From Nitrospirota bacterium (GTDB lineage: Bacteria; Nitrospirota; Thermodesulfovibrionia; Thermodesulfovibrionales; Dissulfurispiraceae), in NCBI GenBank assembly GCA_963790025.1, contig CAWBMP010000004.1, positions 384,001-448,000 on the forward strand: 64,000 nucleotides of DNA. The letters run 5' to 3'. Numbering within the stretch: the first letter of the stretch is position 1; each line of letters begins with the position of its first letter. Under the pieces are notes generated by a model, which saw only the letters and a program-made list of their open reading frames with translations, was not told the DNA's origin and searched no databases. Below are positions 20,253 to 30,792 of this stretch, one piece after another. A program made the position numbers and the translations under genes.

Positions 20253-21443
20253 TTATTTCCTATCCCTCCATAAAGGTATAGGATAAATATATCTACTGGT
20301 CGCAATACTGAGCGGCCATATCGTCTCATGTTCACCCTTAATGACCTGCAGGACAAGAGTATTCATAAAGTTCTGGTTCTGGTACCCATCTTTGTCCTCG
20401 AATTTTACCGGACCGAAAGCTGTCATCATGTTTGTTGCCTTAAGCGCATCACGGATGTCGTCGGGTTTCATGCTTCTTGCCCTCTGGAGCGCATCCTTTA
20501 TCACATAGAGCGCTGAATAAGCTGCTGCCCCGTGATATGACGGGTAGGCGCCGTATTTTGCCTTATACTTGTCAGCATATTGCTTCGAACCGGGATAATT
20601 GAGGTTGGGGCTCCACAGCGTGGCAGTAATAACATATTCGGCGGCGTCTTTCGCATTCTCAATGAATTCAGGGATGGCAAATCCCGCAGCGCCACCGGCA
20701 AAAAGCTTTGCATCGATCCTCAGCTCCTTTATCTGCCGCATAAGCAGGGCGGCATCCATGACATAAGAAACCATGTAAATAACATCAGGCCTCTCAGACT
20801 TGACCTTTGAGAGTATGGGTTTGAAATCTACAGCTCCCGTTGCGTACTTCTCCTTAAGCAGGACCCTTATGCCTATCCTTGCCGCCTGCTTCGCCATATT
20901 CTCGGCCCCGGAAGTCCCGAAGTCGGAACTCTCATATAATATTGCCATAGTTTTGGGCTTCACCACCTGTTGAAGAAACGATATAACGCCATCTGCGTAG
21001 TGGGCATTGGCAGGATTCAGCCTGTAAACATATTTATAATGTTTCTGTGTGATATCATCTGCCGAGCTGACAACCACGAGGTAAGGCACCTTTCTCTCTT
21101 CCGCAACTGCCGCTACCGCCTTTGCGCAATGCGATGCATACTCACCGACTATGACAGGCTGTTTTTTTACATCTATCATTTTCTCGACAATCGACCGGGC
21201 GATTTCCGGTTTTCCCCCTGAGTCTTCAAAAGTTAAGACAAGTTTCCTTCCCTTTACGCCGCCTTTGGCATTAATCTCCTGTGCAGCTATCTCATACGAT
21301 CTTTTCTGTATGTCGCCGAATTTGGCCTCTGATCCGGTCAGCGGCAGCGGGATGCTCAGACTAATAGGCTCTGCAGCATATACGCTGACGGAAAGCATAC
21401 TAAAAACGAAAAACCCAATCATAAAGAGCGACAGACGTTTCAT
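20253..21443 (-). CDS. Branched-chain amino acid-type (LivJ/Peripla_BP_6) ABC substrate-binding protein, orphan
   Basis: Signal peptide, PLTG, EINAKGGVKGRKL, DFKPILSKVK; no permease or ATPase genes adjacent. Confidence 0.9.
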   Translation of the reverse strand: MKRLSLFMIGFFVFSMLSVSVYAAEPISLSIPLPLTGSEAKFGDIQKRSYEIAAQEINAKGGVKGRKLVLTFEDSGGKPEIARSIVEKMIDVKKQPVIVGEYASHCAKAVAAVAEERKVPYLVVVSSADDITQKHYKYVYRLNPANAHYADGVISFLQQVVKPKTMAILYESSDFGTSGAENMAKQAARIGIRVLLKEKYATGAVDFKPILSKVKSERPDVIYMVSYVMDAALLMRQIKELRIDAKLFAGGAAGFAIPEFIENAKDAAEYVITATLWSPNLNYPGSKQYADKYKAKYGAYPSYHGAAAYSALYVIKDALQRARSMKPDDIRDALKATNMMTAFGPVKFEDKDGYQNQNFMNTLVLQVIKGEHETIWPLSIATSRYIYPIPLWRDRK

Positions 21444-21486
21444 GGAACCCTCCTCATTAGGTCAACATAATTCATCCCCACACCGT

Positions 21487-21852
21487 CTATGCGGTTATGT
21501 TCACCGTAGATCCGGTAATAGGGGATGCCGGCATGTTCATCATATTGAAATACGCCGTAAAAAAATATTGGGTCCGGCCGGGATTGTGTTCGGTGGCGTT
21601 AGATCGCTGGACAGCCTGAAGATTAGACGATGCGGACAACAACGCCTCCAGCGGCGGCTCCGGATTTGTCAAGCCGAGCAGCGACTGGGCCAAGGCCTGG
21701 TTGGCCTGAAGAACGCCCGTGCGTTCAACCTCCTGGAGGTTGCTCATAGCGGGAGATATGGCATCCAGGCCCTTGGGCGCCCCGGCGGTGTTCTGTGCCG
21801 GAATCCCAATCACGTTGTAGACGTTATACGGCGATATGCCTGAAATGGACAC
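21487..21852 (-). CDS. Hypothetical protein (MSISGIS...GSTVNITA)
   Basis: GAGGAG RBS 7 nt before GTG 21852; low-complexity Q/N/A-rich sequence; the C-terminus resembles the G-x-x-V-N/D-x-x-A ending of YjfB-like proteins. Confidence 0.6.
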   Translation of the reverse strand: MSISGISPYNVYNVIGIPAQNTAGAPKGLDAISPAMSNLQEVERTGVLQANQALAQSLLGLTNPEPPLEALLSASSNLQAVQRSNATEHNPGRTQYFFTAYFNMMNMPASPITGSTVNITA

Positions 21853-21948
21853 AAACATTCTCCTCTCTGCCGTTCTATGCAAATTATCGCATAATTAAGG
21901 GAAAAAATAAACTTGCCGACCCTCCTTTTGTGGAAACATTTGCAAGTG

Positions 21949-22563
21949 TTATATGCTGGCCAGATAGAATGCCATCTCGATAGCAGCTCCGATCAGCGCG
22001 GCCTCTTCTTTGCTCATCTCGCCTAAGCTCCCCCGTCTTTCTGTCATTCTCCGGAAACGCGTGAAGTCTGTCGGTAATGCTTCGGTGTCTATCAAATACG
22101 CGATCCCCTGGATAATCTCACCTATTCTTTCCGGAGATTTTGCCTCTCCTTCCAGTTTGGCGAAATACTGAATCTTGATTTTTGCCCTGATAACGTCGAA
22201 CTCAACATCCTTTACGCGATGAAGCGCGAGAATAACGTAATCGCCCAAGGCTTGCCAGAATAGTTCGTCGTATCCTTGCCATTTTGGCAGGGAGAAGCGC
22301 AGGAATGCCGGCCTCTTTCTTCCTATTTGCGGGATGCATTTTTCAGGCGTGACAACTAAATCCCCAAGTTTGTTTTCGCCTATCTCATCAAGCATCCCAT
22401 ATAGCTTGCGACGCTGTTGTTTCCGAAAAAGCTTCTCGATCTGCTCCAATACGTTGCCCTGACCGGGTTGAGTGCCTACTCTTCCGAGAATAGCCTCGAC
22501 AATAGGCACCACCTTGCCTACTTCCTCTTTAAATATCTCATTCCTGTTGGCCACTTTCTTCAT
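21949..22563 (-). CDS. Hypothetical cytoplasmic protein, 204 aa
   Basis: Long ORF with natural composition and no competing ORF; no family recognised. Confidence 0.7.
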   Translation of the reverse strand: MKKVANRNEIFKEEVGKVVPIVEAILGRVGTQPGQGNVLEQIEKLFRKQQRRKLYGMLDEIGENKLGDLVVTPEKCIPQIGRKRPAFLRFSLPKWQGYDELFWQALGDYVILALHRVKDVEFDVIRAKIKIQYFAKLEGEAKSPERIGEIIQGIAYLIDTEALPTDFTRFRRMTERRGSLGEMSKEEAALIGAAIEMAFYLASI

Positions 22564-22768
22564 AATCGTCCCTGGATATGACTACCGCTGAATAAAGTAT
22601 ACCTCAATAAACCATATACTGCGAGCTATTAATGGACCTTTCAGACATTACTTACCTCTTGCCGCAAAGGGACAATCTGCCGCACCCTTAACAAGGCCCC
22701 TGAAATCAGGCCGTACATCTGATATACTTATTATAGATTTTTCGTATTTTTAGCAAGGAGGAACGACT

Positions 22769-23332
22769 ATGAAAATGCCGGATCGTTGCAGAGTTCTTAC
22801 AGTGCTTTTAGTTTGCGCCTTTGTGTTTTCCTTACCGGCGACTTCGTCGCATGCGAAGACAAGAGGAGAGATTAACGCCAGCGTCAAAGCAGCCATAAAC
22901 CGCTTCAAGAAGGAAATTAAGGGCGGAACTGAATATATGAAGGGCGCCAAAGGAATGCTCGTTATGCCGAACATAACCAAGGCGGGGTTCGTGATCGGAG
23001 GGAAATACGGTCAGGGTGCATTGCTGGTTAACAGCAGGACGGACGGCTATTACAGCCTTGCAGAAGGTTCGGTGGGATGGCAGATTGGCGCCGAGCAGTA
23101 CGATATGGTAATACTTTTTATGACCGATGAAGTGCTCAATAAATTCAAACGCAGTGAGAACTGGGAAGCCGGCGTTGACGCCGAAATCACACTTATCACC
23201 AAAGGCGCGGAACTGTCTGTCGAGACACTGCGAAGCCAGCACCCGATCGCCGGCTTTATCTTCGGTCAGAAGGGCCTGATGGGTGGATTGTCTGTCAAGG
23301 GGGCCAAGTTCACCAAGATACATCCCGATTAA
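22769..23332 (+). CDS. Ysc84/SYLF lipid-binding domain protein
   Basis: AGGAGG RBS, signal peptide, KAGFVIGGKYGQG, SVGWQIGA and QKGLMGGLSVKGAK motifs. Confidence 0.9.
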   Translation: MKMPDRCRVLTVLLVCAFVFSLPATSSHAKTRGEINASVKAAINRFKKEIKGGTEYMKGAKGMLVMPNITKAGFVIGGKYGQGALLVNSRTDGYYSLAEGSVGWQIGAEQYDMVILFMTDEVLNKFKRSENWEAGVDAEITLITKGAELSVETLRSQHPIAGFIFGQKGLMGGLSVKGAKFTKIHPD

Positions 23333-23350
23333 TATCTATTTTAACAGCAC

Positions 23351-24724
23351 TTATCGGGGTATCCCCTTCAGTATCGCTTCTCCCATTTTATAAACATCCC
23401 CGGCCCCGAGTGTCAGGAGCACATCGCCCGGGGCTATCTCGCGGCAAATTGTTTCGACCATTTTCTTCCGGTCGGTTTCGTAATGTATAGCGCCGCAACC
23501 GGCACTTTCGATTTTTCTTAAAAGGACTCCTGAAGTGATTCCCTCTATAGGTTGTTCCCCGGCCGGATAGATGTCCATCAGATAAAGCCTGTCCGCATCC
23601 GTGAAGCTCACGGCAAACTCGTCCATCGAGTCCCTTGTTCTCGTATACCGGTGAGGCTGAAATAAAACGAAAATCCTGTTATTTGCGTAGCACTCCCTGG
23701 CCGCTTTGAGTGTGGCCGCTATTTCCGATGGATGGTGCCCGTAATCGTCATACACTTTTACACCCTTCGCCTCTCCCTTAAACTCGAATCTGCGGTGTAT
23801 ACCGCTGAATTTGTCAAGGGCCTTTGAAATGACATCGACCGGAATTTGCAGTTCCATAGCAGTTGCGATTGCGGCAAGGCTGTTCAACACATTGTGCCTG
23901 CCTGGAATAGGGATTGTAAAGTTCCCCAGAGAGCGCCCATGCATAACAGGCTCAAAGCTCATTTTTGTTCCCTGGCTTCTGACGTTGCGCGCATATATGT
24001 CCGCAGCATCTGTAAGACCGTATGTCAGTGCCTTCCGTTCAATAAAAGGGAGAATTTCTCTCACATAGATATTATCTATACAAACAACGGCAATTCCATA
24101 GAATGGCAGCTTGTTGATAAAGGAAAGGAAAGCGAGCTTCAAAGTTTCAAGGTCCTTAAAAAAATCCATATGCTCTTTGTCTATGTTCGTAATGACCGCG
24201 ATTGTCGGGTTAAGCTTCAGAAAAGATCCGTCGCTTTCGTCGGCTTCGGCAACAATATAATCACCCTGCCCAAGCTTTGCGTTACTGCCGATAGCATTGA
24301 GTTTTCCGCCTATAACCACTGTCGGGTCAAGCCCCCCCTCACCCAGTGTTGTAGCAATAAGTGATGTCGTGGTTGTCTTTCCGTGGGCCCCTGCTACCAG
24401 GATGCCGTATTTAAGCCTGCCCAACTCGGCAAGCATTTCCGCGCGGGGAATGACGGGAATAGATCTGCGTTTAGCCTCGACCACTTCCGGATTGAGCGCG
24501 GAGACAGCCGAAGATATTACCACCACATGAGCATGGTCTATATTTTCCCCGGCATGTCCTATAAACACTTTTAACCCGAGACTTCTCAACCTGTTCGTCG
24601 TCTCGGTTTCCCTGAGGTCCGAGCCTGTTACCTCGTACCCTAGATTGTTCAGTACCTCAGCAATTCCGCTCATACCAACACCGCCTATGCCGACAAAATG
24701 AACAATCCTGTATTTTTTAAACAT
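23351..24724 (-). CDS. murC: UDP-N-acetylmuramate--L-alanine ligase
   Basis: GIGGVGMSG, GAHGKTTT, EADESDGSF, DDYGHHP and FQPHRYTRT motifs. Confidence 0.98.
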   Translation of the reverse strand: MFKKYRIVHFVGIGGVGMSGIAEVLNNLGYEVTGSDLRETETTNRLRSLGLKVFIGHAGENIDHAHVVVISSAVSALNPEVVEAKRRSIPVIPRAEMLAELGRLKYGILVAGAHGKTTTTSLIATTLGEGGLDPTVVIGGKLNAIGSNAKLGQGDYIVAEADESDGSFLKLNPTIAVITNIDKEHMDFFKDLETLKLAFLSFINKLPFYGIAVVCIDNIYVREILPFIERKALTYGLTDAADIYARNVRSQGTKMSFEPVMHGRSLGNFTIPIPGRHNVLNSLAAIATAMELQIPVDVISKALDKFSGIHRRFEFKGEAKGVKVYDDYGHHPSEIAATLKAARECYANNRIFVLFQPHRYTRTRDSMDEFAVSFTDADRLYLMDIYPAGEQPIEGITSGVLLRKIESAGCGAIHYETDRKKMVETICREIAPGDVLLTLGAGDVYKMGEAILKGIPR

Positions 24725-24745
24725 ATAACCCCCGTAAAAAACAGG

Positions 24746-25855
24746 CTAATGCCTGTTTTGTTTCTTCTTTATCAGGCTCAATGCTATATCGACTACTTTT
24801 TCCGCCGCGTCAATCCTGCCGAATACCACAGAAGCATTCTGCATTTCCCGGCGCGTATGTTCGTCCGCGTAAAGTTCCCTTATATTGTCAGCCAGCACCT
24901 CTCCGGTTAATGTCTTGTCCAGTATCATCTTCGCAGCGCCCATGTCCTCAAGTTTTCTTGCATTATATTCCTGATGGTTGGATGCGGCATAAGGATAAGG
25001 AATTAAGACAGCCGGTTTGCCTATGGCCGTGATTTCGGCCAAGGTTGTCGCCCCGGCCCTGCAGATCACCAAGTCGGCGACGGTATACGCCTCTGCCATC
25101 TGATATATAAAAGGCACCACAATGCCCTTGAATCCCAGCCTTCTGTAAACCTCCGTCACCTTTTCACAATCTTTCTCACCGGTTTGATGAAGGAACTGAA
25201 TATTTTGCCTTAAATCCAGCAAGTAATTCAACGCATCGATCATGGCGCTGTTTATGCTGCCGGCACCGAGACTCCCGCCGGAAATAAAAACAGTAAACAG
25301 GTCTTTTTCAAGAGCAAACAATGCATTCGATTTTTGCTCATCTTTAGCCAGTATCTGCCTCCTTATGGGATTCCCGGTCAGGAATGTATTTTCGCCGGGA
25401 AAAGAATTGATGCTTTCCTGATAGGTGACGGCTATGGCGTCAACGAACCTGCCCAGAAATTTATTGGCAAAACCGGGTACCGAGTTCTGTTCCAGAATCA
25501 TGGTCGGTATACCTTTAATGCAGGCTGACAGCAACATGCCTGCGGACGCATAACCGCCGACACCGACAACTAACGTGGGCCTTACAGACCTGATTATTCG
25601 TAAGGAATCGAAAATTGACAGCAAGAAAACAGCAAGCGCATTAACTTTCCCGAAGAGAGATTTACCGACCAGTCCCTCGGCCCGCACAAATTTAATTGTA
25701 TACCCCTCCCTGGGGATTACACGCGCTTCTATTCCGTGAGCAGTGCCGACAAAGAATATCTCAGTCCGGGATTCCCTCTGCCTGAACTCTTCTGCTACCG
25801 CAATACCTGGAAAGAGATGCCCTCCCGTGCCGCCGCCTGCAATTACAACTTTCAT
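24746..25855 (-). CDS. murG: Lipid II GlcNAc transferase MurG
   Basis: GGGTGGH, GGY, EQN, GGSLGA, RAGATT and HQEYNA motifs. Confidence 0.98.
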   Translation of the reverse strand: MKVVIAGGGTGGHLFPGIAVAEEFRQRESRTEIFFVGTAHGIEARVIPREGYTIKFVRAEGLVGKSLFGKVNALAVFLLSIFDSLRIIRSVRPTLVVGVGGYASAGMLLSACIKGIPTMILEQNSVPGFANKFLGRFVDAIAVTYQESINSFPGENTFLTGNPIRRQILAKDEQKSNALFALEKDLFTVFISGGSLGAGSINSAMIDALNYLLDLRQNIQFLHQTGEKDCEKVTEVYRRLGFKGIVVPFIYQMAEAYTVADLVICRAGATTLAEITAIGKPAVLIPYPYAASNHQEYNARKLEDMGAAKMILDKTLTGEVLADNIRELYADEHTRREMQNASVVFGRIDAAEKVVDIALSLIKKKQNRH

Positions 25856-25900
25856 CTATAAATACCCAACAATCCATTGTCCTTAATCATGCAGGGCCCA

Positions 25901-27196
25901 TCAGCGAAATCCAAAAGAACGGCGCCTTTTGTTTGCCTGCCGATTATGCGTACTGTAACCATAACCTCTCTGCCACTGAGACCTGGAAGTTACGCCTTGC
26001 ACACGGCCTCTACTCTGTGCGGATGCCGTAACATAAACCGGATTCAAGGACTGATGACGCGAGGTAAGATTGTCCTGCATTTCGACTCCCTGTCGCTTGT
26101 TCTTTGAAACGTTCAGCAGCAGGCCTACGGCCGTCATATTAATAATAAGAGAGGAGCCCCCATAACTTATAAACGGCAGCGGCAGCCCTTTTGTGGGCAG
26201 CAAACCTGTGACCACTGCAAAATTGAAGATGGCCTGAATGGCTATCATCATGGATAAACCGTAAGCAAGGTAGTAGTGAAAAGTTTCATTTGCTTTCCGT
26301 GCAATTGAAATACCTCTCAGAAAGAATATGAAGAAGAGGAGCGCTACCACTGCGGCCCCTATAAAGCCTACCTCCTCTCCGATCATTGAAAAAATGAAAT
26401 CGGTATGCACTTCAGGAAGAAAGAAAAGCTTTTGTTTACCCTCACCAAGACCGACACCGCTCAGTCCGCCGCTGCCCAAGGCAATAAATGATTGAACAAG
26501 CTGAAAGCCACTGCCTTGCGGGTCTCTCCACGGGTCAAGAAATGCGGTGACCCTCTTCAGGCGGTAAGGTTCCGATATGAGCTTAATAACCACAGGGAGG
26601 GCCAATATTCCAAGGGAAAACAGATAGCGCAATCTTATACCTGCAAGAAACAACATGGACATGGTGAGCAGGGCAAGGCTCATTGTAGCGCCAAAGTCGG
26701 GCTGTTTCAGAAAGACCGCCTGGAATACCCCCATAATAAGTATAGGGGTAAGAAACGAAGTGAATTTTTCCCTGCTGAACTGCGCCATGCTCATGTAGCT
26801 CGACAAAAAAATCACCATGCACAATTTCACAAGCTCCGAAGGTTGAAACGAGGAAGGCCAAATTCTTATCCACCTTCGGGCCCCGCCTGCTGTAATTCCT
26901 AATTTTGTGAAAACCAGGAGCAGACAAAAAAGTGACATAACTAGCAGGGGGATGGACAATTGCCGCACCAGCCTGAGTGGTATTTTAAAAGCTATAAACA
27001 TGGCAATAGTCCCGAGCGCCACCGTTAACAGCTGTTTTTTAATAAAACCGAACTGGCCGAGCATGACACCCTTCTTATGGTATTTTTCCAACAGATCGGG
27101 AGAAACAACAGAGGTGGAACTGTAAACCGCGGTCAAGCCGACGAGTATCAGCAGGAGTACAATAAAAAGGAGCCATCTGTCATATGACTGTTTCAC
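25901..27196 (-). CDS. ftsW: SEDS peptidoglycan polymerase FtsW, with long basic C-terminal tail
   Basis: GARRW, FQPSE, QPDFG, LPEVHTDFI and LPFISYGGSS motifs. Confidence 0.97.
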   Translation of the reverse strand: MKQSYDRWLLFIVLLLILVGLTAVYSSTSVVSPDLLEKYHKKGVMLGQFGFIKKQLLTVALGTIAMFIAFKIPLRLVRQLSIPLLVMSLFCLLLVFTKLGITAGGARRWIRIWPSSFQPSELVKLCMVIFLSSYMSMAQFSREKFTSFLTPILIMGVFQAVFLKQPDFGATMSLALLTMSMLFLAGIRLRYLFSLGILALPVVIKLISEPYRLKRVTAFLDPWRDPQGSGFQLVQSFIALGSGGLSGVGLGEGKQKLFFLPEVHTDFIFSMIGEEVGFIGAAVVALLFFIFFLRGISIARKANETFHYYLAYGLSMMIAIQAIFNFAVVTGLLPTKGLPLPFISYGGSSLIINMTAVGLLLNVSKNKRQGVEMQDNLTSRHQSLNPVYVTASAQSRGRVQGVTSRSQWQRGYGYSTHNRQANKRRRSFGFR

Positions 27197-28605
27197 AGGT
27201 TCCCCACATGCTCCTTGAATTCTCTTCCCCTGTGCTCAAAATCCCTGAACATGTCGAAGCTGGCACAGGCCGGTGAAAGGAGAACAACATCTCCTGGAGA
27301 GGCAAGTTCCTTCGCCTTTGCGACGGCATCACCGAGGCTATCCTCCATAATTATCCGGGTGCTGTTATCAAGCGCCTTTTTGATTTTATCACTTGCCTCA
27401 CCGATGAGAACAAGTGTTTTTACTTTATCCTTGATCAAGGGCATCAATTCGGTAAAATCTCCATCCTTGTCCCTTCCTCCGGCAATGAGGATAACAGGTC
27501 CGCTAAAGCTCTCGAGGGATTTGATTACAGCACCGACATTGGTCCCTTTCGAATCATTAATGAACGCAACACCGTCTATCTCACGCACAAACTCCAGCCT
27601 GTGTTCAAGTCCGGGAAATTCGGCCAATGCATCAGCAACTGCACCAGGAGCACAACCGGACAAAAGCGCCATTACCGATGCTGCCATTGCATTTTCGATA
27701 TTATGCACCCCCTTGATTCTAAAGGCAGGGGGATGGAGGACGAAGGATGAAAATCCAGACAATTCGAAATGAATAACACCATTCCTGTAATACGCGCCAG
27801 GCACCTCCCTCTTTCTGCTGAAGTAAAATATTGCCGGTCTCTTGCTTAAAGGCAATTGTCTTTCTATTCTCCTCACTATCTCCACGGTAACCGGATCATC
27901 CGCGTTCAGTACAATGAAGTCATGTTCGTCCTGGTTCAGAAAAATCCTGCACTTTGCGTCGATGTAATCGGTCATGGACACATAACGGTCCAGGTGGTCG
28001 GGAGTTATATTGAGAATGGCTGCCCCTTTAGGTTTGAAGGTACGTACGGTTTCGAGTTGGAAACTGGACACTTCGGCAACAATAAACTCGGGTAATTGAT
28101 TAAATGGCCCTTTAAACTGTTTATTGTCCCAGCCCTTTATTCTCATCAGTTCATCGGTCAGGGCATTACCGATATTACCACCCAGAAGCGTCGCGTGACC
28201 TGCCTTCTTCAACATGGCATCCAACAGAGAGGTAGTGGTTGACTTGCCATTGGTGCCTGTTATGGCTAGGAAGGCTGTTATACGGCTGCCTACCGCCTGG
28301 TACGCAAGTTCAAGCTCGCCGATTATAACGGCGCCTTGTTCCGCAGCTGCCTTCAACGGGGCGACCGAGAGCGGTACGCCCGGGCTGATTACTATGAGGT
28401 CAGCTTCCCTGAACAGTTCCGCTGGATGACTGCCCAGCGCAGAACGTATGCCGGGCAGGAGTTCCCCAATATATGGTCCCAGCTCTTCAGGCTTTTTTTT
28501 ATCGGTGACGGTAACCGACGCGCCGAGCTTATGAAGCAGGTTCGCCGCACCAACCCCGCTCCTCGCAAGGCCGACAACAACGACCTTCTTCCCATTTAAG
28601 TCCAT
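27193..28605 (-). CDS. murD: UDP-MurNAc-L-Ala--D-Glu ligase
   Basis: GLARSG, GTNGKSTT, EVSSFQLE, NDSKGTN and LSPACASFD motifs. Confidence 0.98.
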   Translation of the reverse strand: MDLNGKKVVVVGLARSGVGAANLLHKLGASVTVTDKKKPEELGPYIGELLPGIRSALGSHPAELFREADLIVISPGVPLSVAPLKAAAEQGAVIIGELELAYQAVGSRITAFLAITGTNGKSTTTSLLDAMLKKAGHATLLGGNIGNALTDELMRIKGWDNKQFKGPFNQLPEFIVAEVSSFQLETVRTFKPKGAAILNITPDHLDRYVSMTDYIDAKCRIFLNQDEHDFIVLNADDPVTVEIVRRIERQLPLSKRPAIFYFSRKREVPGAYYRNGVIHFELSGFSSFVLHPPAFRIKGVHNIENAMAASVMALLSGCAPGAVADALAEFPGLEHRLEFVREIDGVAFINDSKGTNVGAVIKSLESFSGPVILIAGGRDKDGDFTELMPLIKDKVKTLVLIGEASDKIKKALDNSTRIIMEDSLGDAVAKAKELASPGDVVLLSPACASFDMFRDFEHRGREFKEHVGNL

Positions 28606-29703
<1,098 letters not shown>

Positions 29704-29709
29704 ATTATA

Positions 29710-30792
29710 TCACCTCAATTTTAATGTTGTAAGACTAAATAAAGCAAGGATTATACCGACAATCCAGAATCGAACGATGACTTTGGGCTCCTGCCATCCC
29801 TTTAGTTCGAAGTGATGATGAAGTGGCGCCATTTTAAATATCCTCTTACCTGTAAGCTTGAAAGACATCACCTGCATGACGACTGAGATCGTTTCTATAA
29901 CAAAAATGCCGCCTACTACGGCCAGTACGATTTCGTTTTTTGTGACTACTGCAACAGTTCCCAAAGCACCGCCCAGCCCAAGAGAACCCACATCCCCCAT
30001 AAAGACTTCAGCCGGGTACGAATTGAACCACAGAAAGCCGAGGGCCGCCCCTGCCATCGCGCCGCAAAATACTGTCAACTCGCCGATTCCCGGGAGATAT
30101 AACACCTGCAGGTACCTGGCAAATACTGCATGGCCCGAAACATAAACAAGCGCGACGTTGGTCAGCGCTGCAATGGCAACGAGCCCGATGGCAAGACCGT
30201 CTATTCCGTCGGTGAGATTCACAGCGTTGGAAGAGCCGACTATAACGAAAACTGAAAAAGGTATATAAAATAAACCAAGGTCAAAAAGCCACTTCTTAAA
30301 AAAGGGGACGCTGAGCACCGTATTATAAGGATCGCGAGGGTTTACATAAAAGAAGATACCGATGACAAGGGCGATCAGCACCTGTGCCCCGAATTTATAC
30401 CAGGCACGCAATCCGCTGGGATTTCTTTTTACCGCTTTGAGATAATCGTCGACAAAGCCTACTGCCCCGAAGCCGAGCAGTGCCAATGATAATACCCACG
30501 TATATGCATTTCTGAAATTGCCCCAAAGGACTACCGATATCATAATGGCCAGGACAATAATAATGCCTCCCATTGTCGGTGTACCGGCCTTGGCAAGATG
30601 GGTTTGGGGCCCATCGGACCGTATCTGCTGCGTCATGCTGATTTGCTTGAGCCATCGGATTATCTTCGGAGCTATAATGAGCGTTAGGATGAGTGAGGTC
30701 AGCGATGCCAGTGTTGTCCTGAACGTGATGTACCGGAACACATTTAAAGGAGTCCAATAATTGTGGAGGCCGTATAGCAATTCGTAGAGCAT
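29710..30792 (-). CDS. mraY: Phospho-MurNAc-pentapeptide transferase
   Basis: KAGTPTMGG, GFVDDY, NAVNLTDGIDG, FMGDVGS and MAPLHHHFE motifs. Confidence 0.98.
   Translation of the reverse strand: MLYELLYGLHNYWTPLNVFRYITFRTTLASLTSLILTLIIAPKIIRWLKQISMTQQIRSDGPQTHLAKAGTPTMGGIIIVLAIMISVVLWGNFRNAYTWVLSLALLGFGAVGFVDDYLKAVKRNPSGLRAWYKFGAQVLIALVIGIFFYVNPRDPYNTVLSVPFFKKWLFDLGLFYIPFSVFVIVGSSNAVNLTDGIDGLAIGLVAIAALTNVALVYVSGHAVFARYLQVLYLPGIGELTVFCGAMAGAALGFLWFNSYPAEVFMGDVGSLGLGGALGTVAVVTKNEIVLAVVGGIFVIETISVVMQVMSFKLTGKRIFKMAPLHHHFELKGWQEPKVIVRFWIVGIILALFSLTTLKLR

Noticed and set aside
21875..21915. Sigma-28 promoter for the 21487-21852 gene
   Set aside because: TGCGATAA is present, but there is no TAAA at 15-nt spacing.
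22100..22260. RusA-like nuclease fold in the 204-aa hypothetical protein
   Set aside because: Only a vague pattern similarity; the catalytic DxDN motif is absent.
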